Source: Glaucostegus cemiculus (lineage: Eukaryota). Taken from it: a stretch of 64,000 nucleotides of DNA. Under the pieces are notes generated by a model, which saw nothing but the letters and a program-made list of their open reading frames with translations, did not search any database and was not told the DNA's origin. A program made the position numbers and the translations under genes. Of this stretch, positions 62,121 through 64,000 are shown piece after piece. Position 1 is the stretch's first letter. The number at the start of each line of letters is the position of its first letter. Location: positions 6,572,001 through 6,636,000 of the forward strand of contig CDPCPM010000354.1 of NCBI GenBank assembly GCA_976551045.1. The letters run 5' to 3'.

Positions 62121-64000
62121 GTCGGAGCCCAGCAGGGTTTGTGTTTGTGGAGGGTGGGGAGCTGGAATTGTTCAGTTATGTTCTTACGTCCGCTTTAACA
62201 ACACCGTGTTCATTGGGCATGTATGCTTCATTTCAAGGCAGCGACAAAGCAGCAGAACAGCAATGTGTGTAGGGTGGGGAGACAGAATTGTTCGGTTATG
62301 TCATTTCAGTTTACAACCCTGGCGCTGATTTGTCAGAGATTGCCATGAATTGGAACTGAAATCTCTCCACCATCACCGTGACTGCTGGAAAAGATTTTGA
62401 TCCACTGAATTAAGTCTCCTGCAAGTTGGCCATCTGGGTCTGCTCCACTGACCACTCACACTTTTACAGAACCACTGCTCTGTAAACTTACAGCAAGTTA
62501 CAGATGGGTCGGTTTTTCTTCCTCAAAGGTACGTTAATGAGAAGCTGATTACTTGCTTCATATGTAGTTTGCAGTGTGGCCAAAAATTGAATAATGCAAA
62601 AGCTCTACCAGTTCTGATGGAAGGTCACGGACGTGAAACATTAATTCGGCTTCCCTCACCTTGGAGGCTGCCTTACTTTCGGTGTATTTCCAGCTTTTGC
62701 TAATTTACTGCAAGGAAGAAAAAGCAGGAGATCACAGGAAAACCTTTCCTGGGTCTTTCAGTAGCCTCCTCTTGCACTAAACTTGCTTCCTGGGTCCTGG
62801 TGTCAACTGCTCCTTCAGCCCTGGCCTGAAGTTACACCTTCACAACCTGTGAGCTTTCTAGTGTTGTGACTGTTTTGCAATTTCCCATCTGAGAGTTGCT
62901 GTAGAGAATTTCTTGTGGAACTTCTCTTTATTTTATCATGGAAATATTCTAGGAAACGCACGCTCCGCTTTCACAAATGTGCTAACCTTTTCTGCATGTG
63001 CAGATGGTGGAGGTCTGTATTACGGAGGGTAATAATTAATTTGATCCTTTTCCAGGAGGTTCGTCTGATCTCTGTGATCTGCACTGACTGTCACATATAT
63101 CTCATAGTGAGCATGGAACAGAGAGCCAGTCCTGCTAATACTGATAATGTTCAACTATTTTAAAAGAAAGGTTAAATTTGCCATGCATGAAATTGGAGCA
63201 GATTTCAAAACGTAACAGTCTGACTCTGAAAGGTCCAGAGCTCACTTCACTGCAGATTTAAGTGAAAGACAAAGCGAGAGAGATGGATGAATAAAGGTAG
63301 AGGTGAAGGAATGTGCAATTGTTTTTACTTTCAGCTTTCACATTTACTTTTGTTGGAGAAGTTGAAAACCCATGAGGCAGGAACTTTGGTTGTTAATGTG
63401 AAACAGGCCTCCCAATGTGTTCCATTCCCCAAATTCAGTTCCACTGACCTTATCAACACCACATCGATCCAAATGTCGAGGAGCTTTCTAAATTTATCCC
63501 TGACTTCATCCCTGATTCTGCCTATGTCCACAGATTGTTCCTTATTCATATGAAATTAAAGAGAGAACAGCAAGATTGCAGCAATAAGAAAAGGGACAGC
63601 ACTTTGGAACTGAATGAGCAGTAGGAGTCCAGGAATTTCACATTGTTAATGCACAAACACAATGGATACTGGTTAACCTGGCAACCAAAGAGTAACATTG
63701 CAGTTAAACAGTGCATCGATTAATGAAAGGAAGCTTTGGGTCTGTCATTTTTGACTGCAAAATCACAACATGCAATATAAGGACAAAAATGTCAATCACT
63801 TGTAGAAAATCAAAGTTACGTGGGGAAAGTTAACAGCTGAATGTTATTTTGTGCATGAGGAGCACAAACACAGTGAAGGTTTCAGTGATAGGTAAATTCC
63901 AGTCTGCCATCGATAGTTTTATCTTCTGTCTGTTCTGTCTTAAGGGGAGATCTTTGTGTAGCTTTGATATGGTTAATTGAAGATTAGAACATTTGCCCTG

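Noticed and set aside
1-64000. ORF-track entries as host genes
   Set aside because: All are 180 aa or shorter, many start at non-ATG codons, and the recognisable ones are CR1, Rex1, RTE, Penelope or SINE translations.

Overview
Eukaryotic, repeat-rich genomic DNA. The repeat families (HE1/V-SINEs, HER1-like CR1, SacSINE1/DeuSINE-like SINEs, Rex1/Babar, RTE, Penelope) point to a cartilaginous fish, probably a ray-like batoid; this is inference. I cannot support any host protein-coding gene: every recognisable ORF is retroelement-derived, so the window looks intronic or intergenic, with a few weak candidate exons. The most notable structures are (1) Penelope-like elements (GIY-YIG endonuclease) and many short derivatives whose ends carry minimal hammerhead-ribozyme motifs, one with an intact core at 37953-37993, several arranged as fold-backs; (2) an 833-bp solo LTR with a 4-bp target-site duplication; (3) a ~200-bp direct duplication bracketed by inverted repeats at 25.6-27.6 kb; (4) two V-SINE families sharing a head but carrying tails of different LINE partners; (5) several nested insertions. 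Family names come from my recall of consensus sequences, not from database searches. Boundaries of old repeats are approximate, to tens of bp.
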